From: an uncultured Acidimicrobiales bacterium
GTDB taxonomy: Bacteria > Actinomycetota > Acidimicrobiia > Acidimicrobiales > JAHEJN01
Assembly: GCA_963700995.1 (NCBI GenBank)
Contig: CAVOZP010000004.1
Coordinates: forward strand, 170,321-234,320
Reading direction: 5' to 3'
Length of the DNA stretch: 64,000 nucleotides
Shown: in pieces, positions 17,974 to 27,036 of the stretch
Position numbering within the stretch: the stretch's first letter is position 1
How the letters are laid out: every line of letters starts with the position of its first letter
The notes under the pieces: model-generated
Seen by the model: the letters and a program-made list of their open reading frames with translations, nothing else
Databases searched by the model: none
What the model was told of the DNA's origin: nothing
Made by a program: the position numbers and the translations under genes

Positions 17974-18789
17974 TCACCACACGAGCGGCACGAAGGTCTG
18001 CTCGGCCATGGGTGGGCGGATGTAGGGACGCTCCTTCATCTCGGGCAGCTCGACGGGTTCGGGAACCTCGTTGGTGTAGGGGATCATCGAGAGGATGTGT
18101 GACATGCAGTTGAGCCTGGCCGTCCGCTTGCGGTCGGAGGGAACCACGAACCATGGCGCCTGTTTGATGTCGGTGTACTGGAACGTGGTGTCCTTGGCCT
18201 CGGAGTAGTCGATGTAGAGGCGATGCTCGGCCAGGTCGATGTCGCTCAGTTTCCAGCGCTTCACCGGCTCTTCGTTGCGTGCGGTGAACCGATTGTGCTG
18301 TTCCTCGAAGCTCACGCTGAACCAGTACTTCAGGACGATGATGCCCGAGCGCACCAGCATGCGTTCGAAGTCGGGACACGAGCGCAGGAACTCCCGGTGT
18401 TCCTCCTCGGTGCAGAATCCCATGACCCGCTCGACGTTCGAGCGGTTGTACCACGATCGATCGAACAGGACGATCTCGCCAGCGGCCGGGAGGTGTTCGG
18501 CGTAGCGCTGGAAATACCACTGGGTCTGCTCGCGCTCGGTGGGCTTGGGCAGCGCAACCACCCGGACGATACGGGGACTGGCGCGTTCGGTGATGCGCTT
18601 GATCACCCCGCCCTTGCCGGCTGAACCTCGACCCTCGAAGATCACCAGCACCTTCAGGCCTTGTTTGGCCACGTAGTGCTGGAGGTTCACGAACTCCTCC
18701 TGCAGGCGGGCCAGCTCGGCCTCGTACACCGAACGCTTGACCCGCCCCGTCTTCGTGTAGTTGTCCGGGTTCTTCTTGTTTTTCGACAT
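17974..18789 (-). CDS. ppk2: Polyphosphate kinase 2
   Basis: Start 'MSKNKKNPDNY' after AGGAACCACC. 'VLVIFEGRGSAGKGGVIKRITE' Walker A and 'FDRSWYNR' PPK2 motifs. Confidence 0.9.
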   Translation of the reverse strand: MSKNKKNPDNYTKTGRVKRSVYEAELARLQEEFVNLQHYVAKQGLKVLVIFEGRGSAGKGGVIKRITERASPRIVRVVALPKPTEREQTQWYFQRYAEHLPAAGEIVLFDRSWYNRSNVERVMGFCTEEEHREFLRSCPDFERMLVRSGIIVLKYWFSVSFEEQHNRFTARNEEPVKRWKLSDIDLAEHRLYIDYSEAKDTTFQYTDIKQAPWFVVPSDRKRTARLNCMSHILSMIPYTNEVPEPVELPEMKERPYIRPPMAEQTFVPLVW

Positions 18790-19013
18790 TGGTGGTTCCT
18801 TGGCTTCTGCCGGCGCGAGCTCCCGCGACCTTAGGGCCTCGAAGCCGGTTCGTTCACGTTCGAGCTGCGCTCCGGGGTTGGCTTGTCGCAGTGACCTGCC
18901 ATCCTTGGTCGGGTGGGAGACCCCGAGACTGCTGTCGAATCGCTGCGGGCCCTCCCCTCGGCCGACCAGCACGAGGTGAGCCAACGCGAAGTGGCGATCA
19001 CCGGCGTGCACTG

Positions 19014-19577
19014 ATGGCCGGGTCGCGACGCAGCCGGCTCACGATCGCAGGTGTGGTCGCGGTGGTGGCCCTCGCTGCGGTGAGCACGGCGACCTGGCGG
19101 GTCACCTCGGCGCCGTCGGCCGTATCGGTCGGCGAGGTGCCGTCGAGCGATGCGATCGTGGTGTTCGTCGGTGGGAAGGGCGAACGTCTCGAGGTGGTGC
19201 ACCAACTGCTCGATGCCGGTGTCGCCCCGAACGTGGTGATACCCAACGGGCTGGGACCCGGGTGGTACGAGGGAAACCAGTTGTGCCTCGAGGAGACCCG
19301 CGCCGAGGTGTTCTGTCCTGCGCTCCCCGACGGTGACACCCGATCGGAGGCCCGACTGATCGGGCGGATCGCGACCGAGCACAGCTGGCAGCGCCTCGTG
19401 GTCGTCACCTCCGACTACCACCTCGAGCGGGCCCGCCTTCGTCTCAGTCGATGCTTCGACGGCGAGGTGGAAGCGGTGGCCGCCGATTCCGATCTCGGCG
19501 GGGGAGAGCGGATGGGCAAGCTCATCCACGAGCTGTTCGGCCACGTCGAGGCCCGAGTGGTCGAGCGCGGCTGCTGA
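19014..19577 (+). CDS. DUF218/YdcF (ElyC/SanA-like) membrane-anchored protein
   Basis: 'MAGSRRSRLTIAGVVAVVALAAV' anchor. 'DAIVVFVGGKGERL', 'VVVTSDYHLERARL' are DUF218 motifs. Confidence 0.75.
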   Translation: MAGSRRSRLTIAGVVAVVALAAVSTATWRVTSAPSAVSVGEVPSSDAIVVFVGGKGERLEVVHQLLDAGVAPNVVIPNGLGPGWYEGNQLCLEETRAEVFCPALPDGDTRSEARLIGRIATEHSWQRLVVVTSDYHLERARLRLSRCFDGEVEAVAADSDLGGGERMGKLIHELFGHVEARVVERGC

Positions 19578-19654
19578 GCGCTGAACCCGCACCACGTGAG
19601 GACACGCTTCCCGACGAGTGGACAAACCCGACCAGATCGACAAGAAAGGGTCCC

Positions 19655-21610
19655 GTGCAACCCGAGAGCGAAACCCCCGTCACCTTCCACAAGATCCTCG
19701 ATCACGACGACTTGCCCGAGGGACGGGTGGCCACCGTGAATGTGGGCAAGCATTCACTGGCGGTCACCCATCACCAAGGTCGCTACGGCTGCCTCGACAA
19801 CTCGTGCCCCCACCAGGGCGGGCCCCTCGGCGAGGGATCGATCGAGAAGGGTCTGCTGCGGTGCCCGTGGCACGGCTACGACTACGACCCCCTGACCGGG
19901 TCACCGCCCCCGCCGTTCGACGATGCGCCGGCCTGCTTCGAAGTGGAGGTCCGCGACGACGGCGTCTATGCCGCGCTTCCCGACGAGCCGCCGGAGCCGC
20001 GCACCGTGAGCGACGTGATGGTCGAGACCATGGTGAACTGGGGAGTCGAGTCGGTGTTCGGCATGGTTGGCCACTCGAATCTCGGCTTCGCCGACGCGCT
20101 GCGCAGGGCCGAGGGGCGAGGCGACCTGCGTTACTTCGGAATTCGCCACGAGGGCGCGGCGGCGTTCGCGGCAACCGCCTACGGCAAGCTCACGGGCGGG
20201 CTGGCCGCCTGCTTCGCCATCGCCGGGCCCGGCTCGACGAACCTGCTCACCGGCCTGTACGACGCCAAGGTCGACCGGGCGCCCGTACTGGCCATCTCGG
20301 GTCAGGTGCCGTCGAAGGTCATGGGCCGCGGCGCCTTCCAGGACCTCGACTTGACCGCGGCCTTCGCCGACGTGGCCCGCTACGGCCAGACCGTGCAGGC
20401 CGGGTCGAATCACGCCGAGCTCATGGCGCTCGCGTGCAAGACGGCCCTGGTCGAACGCGACGTGGCGCACCTGGTTCTGCCCGACGAAGTACAGATCGCA
20501 CCGAGTGACGCCGACGCGGGAGCGCCTCTCGGGCGTGTCGGATCGCGTGAGATCGCGCCGCCGGCCGAAGTGCTCGACGCCGCGCTTGCCCGAATTGCCG
20601 CCGCCGAACGCCCGTTGGTGATCGTGGGCGCGGGCGCCCGCCACGACATGGCCGCCATCGTGGCCTTCGCGGACGTGATCGGCGCACCGGTGGCCACGAC
20701 GTTCAAGGCCAAGGGTCAGATCAGCGACACCCACCCGCTGGGATGTGGTGTGCTCGGCCGCAGCGGTACACCCATCGCCAGCTGGTTCATGAACGAGAGC
20801 GACCTGATCGTGGTCTTCGGGGCGTCGTTCTCCAACCACACCGGGATAAGCGACTACAAGCCCATCGTGCAGGTCGACTTCGACCCCATGGCACTCGGGC
20901 GGTTCCATCCGGTCGAGATCCCGGTGCTCGGCCACGTCGGTGTGACCGCCGAGACTCTCGGTCGGCGGCTCGCCGCGCTCGACATCGAGTGCACCGACCG
21001 CCGACCAGAAGTCGCCGAGCGATGGGCAATCTGGCGGACCGAGAAGCAGTCGCGGGCGATCGACGACCAAGGTCGTGGCCTCAATGCGGCCGCCGTGTTC
21101 GACTCGATGAGCCGCCTGATCGACGCCGACGCCGTCGTGAGCGTCGACGTCGGCAACAACACGTATTCCTTCGGGCGCTACTTCGAGGTGCAGCAGCAGT
21201 CGGTGCTGATGTCGGGGTATCTGGGCTCGATCGGCTTCGGTTTCCCGGCGGCGATGGGGGCGTGGGCGGCGGTCGGCGACCAGCGTCAGATCGTGAGCGT
21301 GAGCGGCGACGGCGGCTTCGGTCAGTACGCCATGGACTTCACCACTGCGGTCAAGTACGACATGAACATCACCCACGTGCTGTTGGACAACCGCGAGCTC
21401 GGCAAGATCTCCAAGGAACAACGGGCTGCCGACTTCGACGTCTGGCAGACCTCGTTGGTGAATCCCGATTTCGCGGCGTTTGCCGAGCTCTGTGGTGGCA
21501 AGGGCGTTCGGGTGAGCGAGCTCGAAGCGCTCGACGATGCCCTGGCCAACGCGCTTGCCCATCCGGGGCCGGCCCTGGTCGATGTTGTATCCGATGTCTC
21601 CCTGATCTGA
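19655..21610 (+). CDS. Fusion protein: N-terminal Rieske [2Fe-2S] (NirD-like) domain plus thiamine-diphosphate enzyme (pyruvate oxidase/acetolactate synthase-like)
   Basis: GTG 19655 after GAAAGGG. Rieske ligands 'CPHQGGPL...CPWHGYDY'. Then 'VETMVNWGVESVFGMVGHSN', 'RHEGAAAFAATAYGKLTG', 'GPGSTNLLTGLYDA', and the TPP motif 'GDGGFGQYAMDF...LDNRELG'. Confidence 0.85.
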   Translation: MQPESETPVTFHKILDHDDLPEGRVATVNVGKHSLAVTHHQGRYGCLDNSCPHQGGPLGEGSIEKGLLRCPWHGYDYDPLTGSPPPPFDDAPACFEVEVRDDGVYAALPDEPPEPRTVSDVMVETMVNWGVESVFGMVGHSNLGFADALRRAEGRGDLRYFGIRHEGAAAFAATAYGKLTGGLAACFAIAGPGSTNLLTGLYDAKVDRAPVLAISGQVPSKVMGRGAFQDLDLTAAFADVARYGQTVQAGSNHAELMALACKTALVERDVAHLVLPDEVQIAPSDADAGAPLGRVGSREIAPPAEVLDAALARIAAAERPLVIVGAGARHDMAAIVAFADVIGAPVATTFKAKGQISDTHPLGCGVLGRSGTPIASWFMNESDLIVVFGASFSNHTGISDYKPIVQVDFDPMALGRFHPVEIPVLGHVGVTAETLGRRLAALDIECTDRRPEVAERWAIWRTEKQSRAIDDQGRGLNAAAVFDSMSRLIDADAVVSVDVGNNTYSFGRYFEVQQQSVLMSGYLGSIGFGFPAAMGAWAAVGDQRQIVSVSGDGGFGQYAMDFTTAVKYDMNITHVLLDNRELGKISKEQRAADFDVWQTSLVNPDFAAFAELCGGKGVRVSELEALDDALANALAHPGPALVDVVSDVSLI

Positions 21611-21625
21611 GATGAGAGGTCCTCG

Positions 21626-22339
21626 ATGACCATCACACCTGCCCCCGACGGTTTCGCGGCTACTCGTGACTCGCTGCACCGCCTGGCCCGCTATGTGATC
21701 ACCCCCCGACGCCAACAGATCGACGGGCGAGAGCGGCTGATACAGCTGCCGGGCGGCTTCGGCACGCCCGTGTTGTCGACCGACCTCCAGATGCGGATCG
21801 AGGGCGTCGACCTCGTAGTGGCCCAGAGCGGCTCGGTCGTACGCGAGCCGATCACCACCCTGCGTCGAGCGGGGGAGCTGGTGAACGTCGAGCCGAGCGA
21901 TCACACCGCCAAGCCCGACATCCCGCCGATGGGTGACATCGACGAGACGTTGACCGTCGACGGCGATGCGGCCGTCTATCTGGCCCGATGGTTCGGCTTC
22001 TCGTCGGCGGTGCTGACCGCGCTCCTCGAGGACGAAGCCAGCACCGACGCCACCGACATCGTGATCTGGTCGCATCACTTCGACCCGTCGATCGAGCTGC
22101 TCGCCGACAACCACACGGCCAGCTACGGTGGCTCGCCCGGCGACGGCAACATCGCCGAGCCGTACTTCTACGTGGCCCCGTGGTCGCCCGACGATGTTGC
22201 TCCCGATCCGTATTGGAACGCCGAGGGCTACGTCGGCTCGGCGCTTCGGGCCAGCAAGCTGAGCACCAGCGACCACGCGCTCGCTGCCGCCATCGACTTC
22301 CTCCGACACGGGCGCGATCTGCTCGCCGCCATCGGCTGA
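21626..22339 (+). CDS. Hypothetical protein, probably co-transcribed with the Rieske-TPP gene
   Basis: 237-aa ORF starting 15 bp after the upstream stop. Strong GC3 bias. No motif recognised. Confidence 0.6.
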   Translation: MTITPAPDGFAATRDSLHRLARYVITPRRQQIDGRERLIQLPGGFGTPVLSTDLQMRIEGVDLVVAQSGSVVREPITTLRRAGELVNVEPSDHTAKPDIPPMGDIDETLTVDGDAAVYLARWFGFSSAVLTALLEDEASTDATDIVIWSHHFDPSIELLADNHTASYGGSPGDGNIAEPYFYVAPWSPDDVAPDPYWNAEGYVGSALRASKLSTSDHALAAAIDFLRHGRDLLAAIG

Positions 22340-22438
22340 CCTCGCTCGGTTTCGATGCGAAATCGGCCGATGTGGCTCGCAGGTGTTCCTGATGGGCGGT
22401 GGTATCGGCTGTCAGGTCCAACCCGACGTGATCGTCGT

Positions 22439-22933
22439 TCACTGAGCAGGGAATGGTCTCGATTGCCAGAACGGCTCGGCCTGTTCGGCAAGGAGGCGTA
22501 TCACCTCGGCGGCGATTGCCTCGTAGTGCGCAGGCGAATGCACGACACCGGAGTCGGGTTCCCAGTTCGGCAGGCCGAAGGCGAACCAGTGGTCGCCCCG
22601 CAGCGGGAATTCCGTGCTGCCGAGACGGGGGCGGGGCATGGGCACGTCCCACGCTCGCAACCGCGGCGGTTCGATGTGTTCTCCCCAATGTGTGGTGTAC
22701 CCGGTGGGCGGGCAGCCGGCGACTTCCACGACGAAGCTTCCGCCCGACGAGAAGAACTGGAAGGAGATCAGGTCGACACGTTCGTCGCTGCGTCGGCGCA
22801 TATGAGGGAGCGCCCCGGTGAAACCCGCAGGACGCAGGTGCTCGTCGATGGCCCGACGCAGCGCCACCTCCATCGCCTTGCGTGGCGTCGTCATGTCCCC
22901 AGTATTACCGGTCTGATTCATCGGCGGACTCAA
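22439..22933 (-). CDS. Hypothetical protein (possibly DUF4304-like)
   Basis: 164-aa ORF with coding-like GC3. 'LRPAGFTGALPHMRRRSDERVDLISFQFFSSGGSFVVEV' resembles DUF4304 as I recall it. The start may instead be the internal ATG 22894. Confidence 0.5.
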   Translation of the reverse strand: MSPPMNQTGNTGDMTTPRKAMEVALRRAIDEHLRPAGFTGALPHMRRRSDERVDLISFQFFSSGGSFVVEVAGCPPTGYTTHWGEHIEPPRLRAWDVPMPRPRLGSTEFPLRGDHWFAFGLPNWEPDSGVVHSPAHYEAIAAEVIRLLAEQAEPFWQSRPFPAQ

Positions 22934-23066
22934 CGCCGGGGCCTCGTCATCGGCCTCGTCGCGCCGCGACAGCAGAGACGGCTCTCACCCCAGCGGAATG
23001 ATGACCGGCGGGGTGAGATTCGTTCGGTTCTCCCGGCTGGGCCGGCACGAGACCGCTCCTACCGCC

Positions 23067-23705
23067 TCAGAGCCCGCCCGGTTGGGTCGTGAGGATCTCG
23101 GGGCTCACGTGGGGGTCGATGGTGGTCAGCGATGGTGCGACCAACGCGACCGGTTGGGTCGTGAGGATCTCGGGGCTCTCATGGGGGTCGATGGTGGTCA
23201 GCGATGGTGCGACCAACGCGACCGGTTGGGTCGTGAGGATCTCGGGGTTCACGTACGGGTCGATGTCGCTCAGTCGGGGGGCGACGAGGACGACCGGCTG
23301 TGTCGTGAGGATCTCGGGGTTCACGTACGGGTCGATGTCGCTCAGTCGGGGGGCGACGAGGACGACCGGCTGTGTCGTGAGGATCTCGGGGCTCTCATGG
23401 GGGTCGATGGTGGTCAGCGAGGGTGCGACCAACACGACCGGCTGTGTCGTGAGGATCTCGGGGCTCACATGGGGGTCGATTTCGCTCAGCACCGGTGTGT
23501 CGGTGCCTCCATCGTTGTTAGCCACGATCACCGCCATCACGGCGGCAAATCCGGCCACCAGGAACACTGCTGCCATCCATGACAGCCACCGGGTCACCCG
23601 CCGCGGCTGTTGCCGTGGTGGCGTCGGCGGCCGATCCTCTTCGACGAACGGTTCCCGTTCGGGAGACAGCACCTGAGTCGTTTCTCGTTCTTTGAGGAGT
23701 GTCAT
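23067..23705 (-). CDS. Single-pass membrane protein with six tandem 24-aa repeats (IDPHxSPEILTTQPVVLVAPxLxx)
   Basis: ATG 23705 preceded by GAAAGGAGG. TM helix 'WLSWMAAVFLVAGFAAVMAVIVA'. The remainder is 5.7 copies of a 24-aa unit running to the stop. GC3-biased in this frame only. Confidence 0.7.
   Translation of the reverse strand: MTLLKERETTQVLSPEREPFVEEDRPPTPPRQQPRRVTRWLSWMAAVFLVAGFAAVMAVIVANNDGGTDTPVLSEIDPHVSPEILTTQPVVLVAPSLTTIDPHESPEILTTQPVVLVAPRLSDIDPYVNPEILTTQPVVLVAPRLSDIDPYVNPEILTTQPVALVAPSLTTIDPHESPEILTTQPVALVAPSLTTIDPHVSPEILTTQPGGL
23080..23489. repeat. 72-bp tandem repeat, about 5.7 copies, with mosaic variants
   Basis: Units start at 23080, 23152, 23224, 23296, 23368 and 23440. 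U3 and U4 differ at 2 positions. U1 and U2 differ at 2 positions. Confidence 0.95.
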
Positions 23706-23914
23706 GACGCCTCCTTTCTGGCTCGTATCTTCTCTCCCCTTCATTGTGCGCCCAGCCGCCTGCACGCCCCGAGAGAGCCGCATGCGACGGCCAGCGCATC
23801 TGGCATGCAAGCTGTCTGCAACCGACATGCAGAGTGCCGAACGACTCTGTTCGGGCAACTGCTGACCAGGCCACGATGAGCTCGGAAGGCATCGACACTC
23901 GTGTCGGGAGCATC

Positions 23915-24719
23915 ATGGGCACTCTTCAGATCGACGTCCTCGGTCCCCTCGAAGTCCACGTCGGCGAGCGCTCTGTTCCGCTCGGCGGTCGGCGGGCGCG
24001 CACCGTCTTCGCTGCACTCGTCGTCGGCCTCAACCACGCTGTGTCCATCGACAATCTGGTGGCGTCGGTTTGGGGTGATGATCCTCCCGAACACGCCGTC
24101 GACACTCTCCAGTCGATCGTGTCCCGCCTCAGGGGGACGCTCGGTCACGACGTGATCGAGCTGATCGACCACTCGTATTGCCTCGTGGCCGATCCTGCGA
24201 GTGTCGATGCGATCAGGTTCGAACGCCTGCTGGAGAGCGCGTCGAGAACGGTGGTCGACGACGCGTCGAGTGCCGCCACCATGATGATCGAGGCACTGGC
24301 GCTCTGGCGCGGAGTGCCCTTCGGTGACCTCAGCGACGTGGTGTTCCTCGAGCCCGAGGTCAGGCGGCTCGAGGCGCTGCGGTTGAGTGCCATCGAAGTC
24401 CGGCTGGAAGCCGACGTGGAGCGCGGGATGCTCACGTCGGCGATTGCGAGCCTCGAGGCGGAGACCCTCGAGAACCCCTACCGCGAGCGGCTCTGGTATC
24501 TGCTGGTGCTGGCCTTGGCCCGTGATGGGCGCCGTGTCGAGGCGCTCCGCGTGTGCCGAGCAGCTCCGCGCTGTGCTCGGCGAGGTCGGGCTCGAGCCGA
24601 GCACCGATCTCTCCGAGCTCGAGGCGATGGTGATCGAGGAGGCGCCGATGGTCCGATCGCACCTGGCTCGGTGCACGAGATCCGGAGCCTCAGAGCCGAC
24701 TCAGAAGCCCGACGACTGA
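23915..24719 (+). pseudogene. SARP-family (AfsR/DnrI/RedD-type wHTH + BTAD) regulator, frameshifted as sequenced
   Basis: 'MGTLQIDVLGPLEVHVGERSVPLGGRRARTVFAALVV...SIDNLVASVWGDDPP..AVDTLQSIVSRLR' and BTAD 'RFERLL...ALALWRGVPFGDL...RLEALRLSAIE...NPYRERLWYLLVLALARDGRRVEALRV'. The expected end 'EQLRAVLGEVGLEPSTDLSELEAMVIEE' is in the +1 frame from about 24552. Confidence 0.8.
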
Positions 24720-24788
24720 GTCGTCGGCCATCTCCACTCCGCAGTGTCGCTGCCGCCGCCATCGCCTGGCGAGTGGTTCGTCACTCGG

Positions 24789-25578
24789 CTAGGCCTCTTT
24801 GCGCACCCGACGCAGGTACTCGTTGCCGAGCCGGCGTGATTCGGAGTCGTGCAGAGCCGTCACGAGGCTATCGGCGTCGGACCACGAGGCAGAGGCAGGC
24901 GCCATGGCCTCGAGCGCGGCATTCACACCCGTCTTGCTGACGTGCAGGGCGAGGGCCGATTTCTGGGCCAGATCGGCGGCGAGTTGTTCGGCCTCGCCCA
25001 TCACCGACTCGGCGGCCACCACCCGGTTCAGGAACCCCAGGGCCCTCGCCTCGTCGGCGCTGAAGGGCCGACAGGTCATCACGAGCTCGCGGGTGATCGC
25101 CGGGCCCAGCTCACGAACCAGGCGGGGGATGCCGCCCCAAGCCAACGGAATGCCCAGATCGACCTCAGGTATGGAGAAGTACGTGTCGGTTGCTGCAATG
25201 CGAAGATCGCAGACGGCAGCCAGCACGAGCCCCCCACCCACGCAGGGTCCCCAGATGGCGGCGATCGTGACCGCCCGCATCTGCTCGAAGGCCCGGGCCA
25301 TGAGCCAACCGGTCTCGGCCGAGTCGCGCGAGCTGAGGCCGTCGTTCGACGTGTCCTCGCCGAAGCTCGAGATGTCGGCTCCCGCCGAGAAGGCCCGGCC
25401 GGCACCCGAGACCACGACGACGCGAACGTCACGCTGGGCGTCGAACCAGCGCGCGCGCTTCGGCCAGTTCGCGCAGCGTGTGCGTCGACAGCGGATTCAG
25501 CTTGTCGGGTCGGTTGAGAGTCAACCGCCCGATTCGCTCGTCGACCTCGACCAGCAGCGTGTCGAATGTCGGGGTCAT
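24789..25578 (-). pseudogene. Enoyl-CoA hydratase/isomerase (crotonase) family, frameshifted as sequenced
   Basis: N-terminus 'MTPTFDTLLVEVDERIGRLTLNRPDKLNPLSTHTLRELAEARA' (ATG 25578, ATGA overlap with the upstream stop) ends in a stop after a (GC)5 run at 25449-25458. The rest, 'WFDAQRDVRVVVVSGAGRAFSAGADIS...GGGLVLAAVCDLRIA', continues in another frame. Confidence 0.85.
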
Positions 25579-26492
25579 GGTTCTTCGGGCTGCCAGCCGG
25601 GTCTGTTCCAGAGGTGTCCCAGCTTGTTGCGCCGGCCCTTGGCCCTGTGTACGTCGCGGGCGATGGCGGCGAACTCGCCGTAGCCGATCTTCAGCGGGTT
25701 GAACGTGTCGATGTTCTTGGTGAGCCCGTACTTGACGCGGCGCACCTCGGGCTCGAAGCTGCCGAAGAGCTTGTCCCAAATGATGAGAATGCCGCCGTAG
25801 TTCTTGTCGAGATACTGCGGGTTGGCTCCGTGGTGCACGCGATGGTGCGACGGTGTGTTCAGGACATCCTCGGCGGTCGGGGAGAGCCGGTCGATGACTT
25901 CGGTGTGGATCCAGTACTGGTAGAGCAGGTTGAGTTGGCCGGCCTTGGCGATCTGGGCCGGCGAGAACCCGAGCAGAGGCATCGGGAAGTACACCCACGA
26001 CAACAAGAACCCCGACCATGGTTGGCGCAGCGCGGTCGACAGGTTGTAGTGCTCGCTCGAATGGTGGGTGACGTGGTTGGCCCAGAAGATCCGTTTCTCG
26101 TGTTGCCAGCGGTGGTTCCAGTAGTACAGGAAATCCCAGGTCACCATGGCGGCGAGGAAGCTGCCGCGTCGGCCGGTCACGGTGACGACTCGTCGGCCGA
26201 ACAACCGGTTCGCCAGCTTGCCGAGGGAGTTGGCGATGGCCAGGTTCACGGCAATGTTGCCGGCGAGCATCGTGAGGCTGGCGACGGTGTCGTTGCGTTC
26301 GTAGCCCACCGGAATCAGCTCGTCGGCGGGCCGCGACGGATCGGAGAGCTGGTCGGCCGTCCAGTCGTCGAGATCGCCCATCTCGCGGAGCACCCGCCGG
26401 CCACGCAGTGCCCGCGCTTCGGCCAGCATCGTCGCCGCGAACAAGGGCACCGACACCATGTCGACCTTGTCGATTGGAAGCGAACGCTTCAC
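25575..26492 (-). CDS. Fatty-acid hydroxylase / sterol desaturase-family membrane di-iron enzyme
   Basis: Histidine boxes 'WNHRWQHE', 'HVTHHSSEHYN' and 'HHRVHHG' in a hydrophobic 305-aa ORF. Confidence 0.85.
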   Translation of the reverse strand: MKRSLPIDKVDMVSVPLFAATMLAEARALRGRRVLREMGDLDDWTADQLSDPSRPADELIPVGYERNDTVASLTMLAGNIAVNLAIANSLGKLANRLFGRRVVTVTGRRGSFLAAMVTWDFLYYWNHRWQHEKRIFWANHVTHHSSEHYNLSTALRQPWSGFLLSWVYFPMPLLGFSPAQIAKAGQLNLLYQYWIHTEVIDRLSPTAEDVLNTPSHHRVHHGANPQYLDKNYGGILIIWDKLFGSFEPEVRRVKYGLTKNIDTFNPLKIGYGEFAAIARDVHRAKGRRNKLGHLWNRPGWQPEEP

Positions 26493-26644
26493 GGCAACTC
26501 TCCTTGTTCGGTCACGGCGACCCTACTGGCGCGCCGGCGCCGGGAAGAGTCACAGCTCGACCGTGTCGGTTGCGCTCACGGCGACTTGGCCTCGGACCCC
26601 GATCGTGTCGATGGTGCGAGACTGGGGCCAGACGAGAGGATGCG

Positions 26645-27022
26645 ATGGGCTACCAACTTGTGTTCTGGCAGCGAGATGCGGGCGCAGGCGACGCTCGCAG
26701 CGTGTACGAGGCGCTGATCGACGAGCGACAGGTCGAGGGGCTCCGCCCACTTCCGATCGGCCCGATCCTGTCGAAGATCCTCTCTGAGTTCCCTGATGCC
26801 GTACGAGAGCCCAACGGTCCCTCGTCGGAGTGGATCGACTGGGTCAGCGGAGATGGAACATCCTCGTTCCAGGTTCAGTGGTCGGACGAGCACGTACTGG
26901 TGGAGTGTCGTGGCGTCTCGAACGACATCGGCAACCGCATCGTCGATGCTCTCGATGGCTTCGATTGTCCGTTCTACGATCCTCAGACGAACGAGCGATT
27001 CGACGCAGGTCCGGAGCGTTGA
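26645..27022 (+). CDS. Hypothetical protein (125 aa)
   Basis: ATG 26645 preceded by GAGAGGA. Coding-like GC3. No family recognised. Confidence 0.55.
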   Translation: MGYQLVFWQRDAGAGDARSVYEALIDERQVEGLRPLPIGPILSKILSEFPDAVREPNGPSSEWIDWVSGDGTSSFQVQWSDEHVLVECRGVSNDIGNRIVDALDGFDCPFYDPQTNERFDAGPER

Positions 27023-27036
27023 CCTGGCCGCCGGAC

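Noticed and set aside
23080-23489. Possible CRISPR array
   Set aside because: The repeats are directly tandem with no unique spacers. The unit length is 72 bp and lies in-frame inside a coding sequence. No cas genes are present.
22998-23676. Plus-strand ORFs across the 72-bp repeat array (22998..23582 and 23089..23676)
   Set aside because: All frames are open because the repeat length is a multiple of 3. Only the minus-strand frame has a strong RBS, a TM helix, GC3 bias and a natural stop at the array end.
24552-24940. Taking the long frame-A extension of ORF 23744..24940 as the real SARP C-terminus
   Set aside because: The extension is Arg-rich nonsense running antisense through the crotonase gene. 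The conserved SARP C-terminal helix is found in the +1 frame, ending at 24719.
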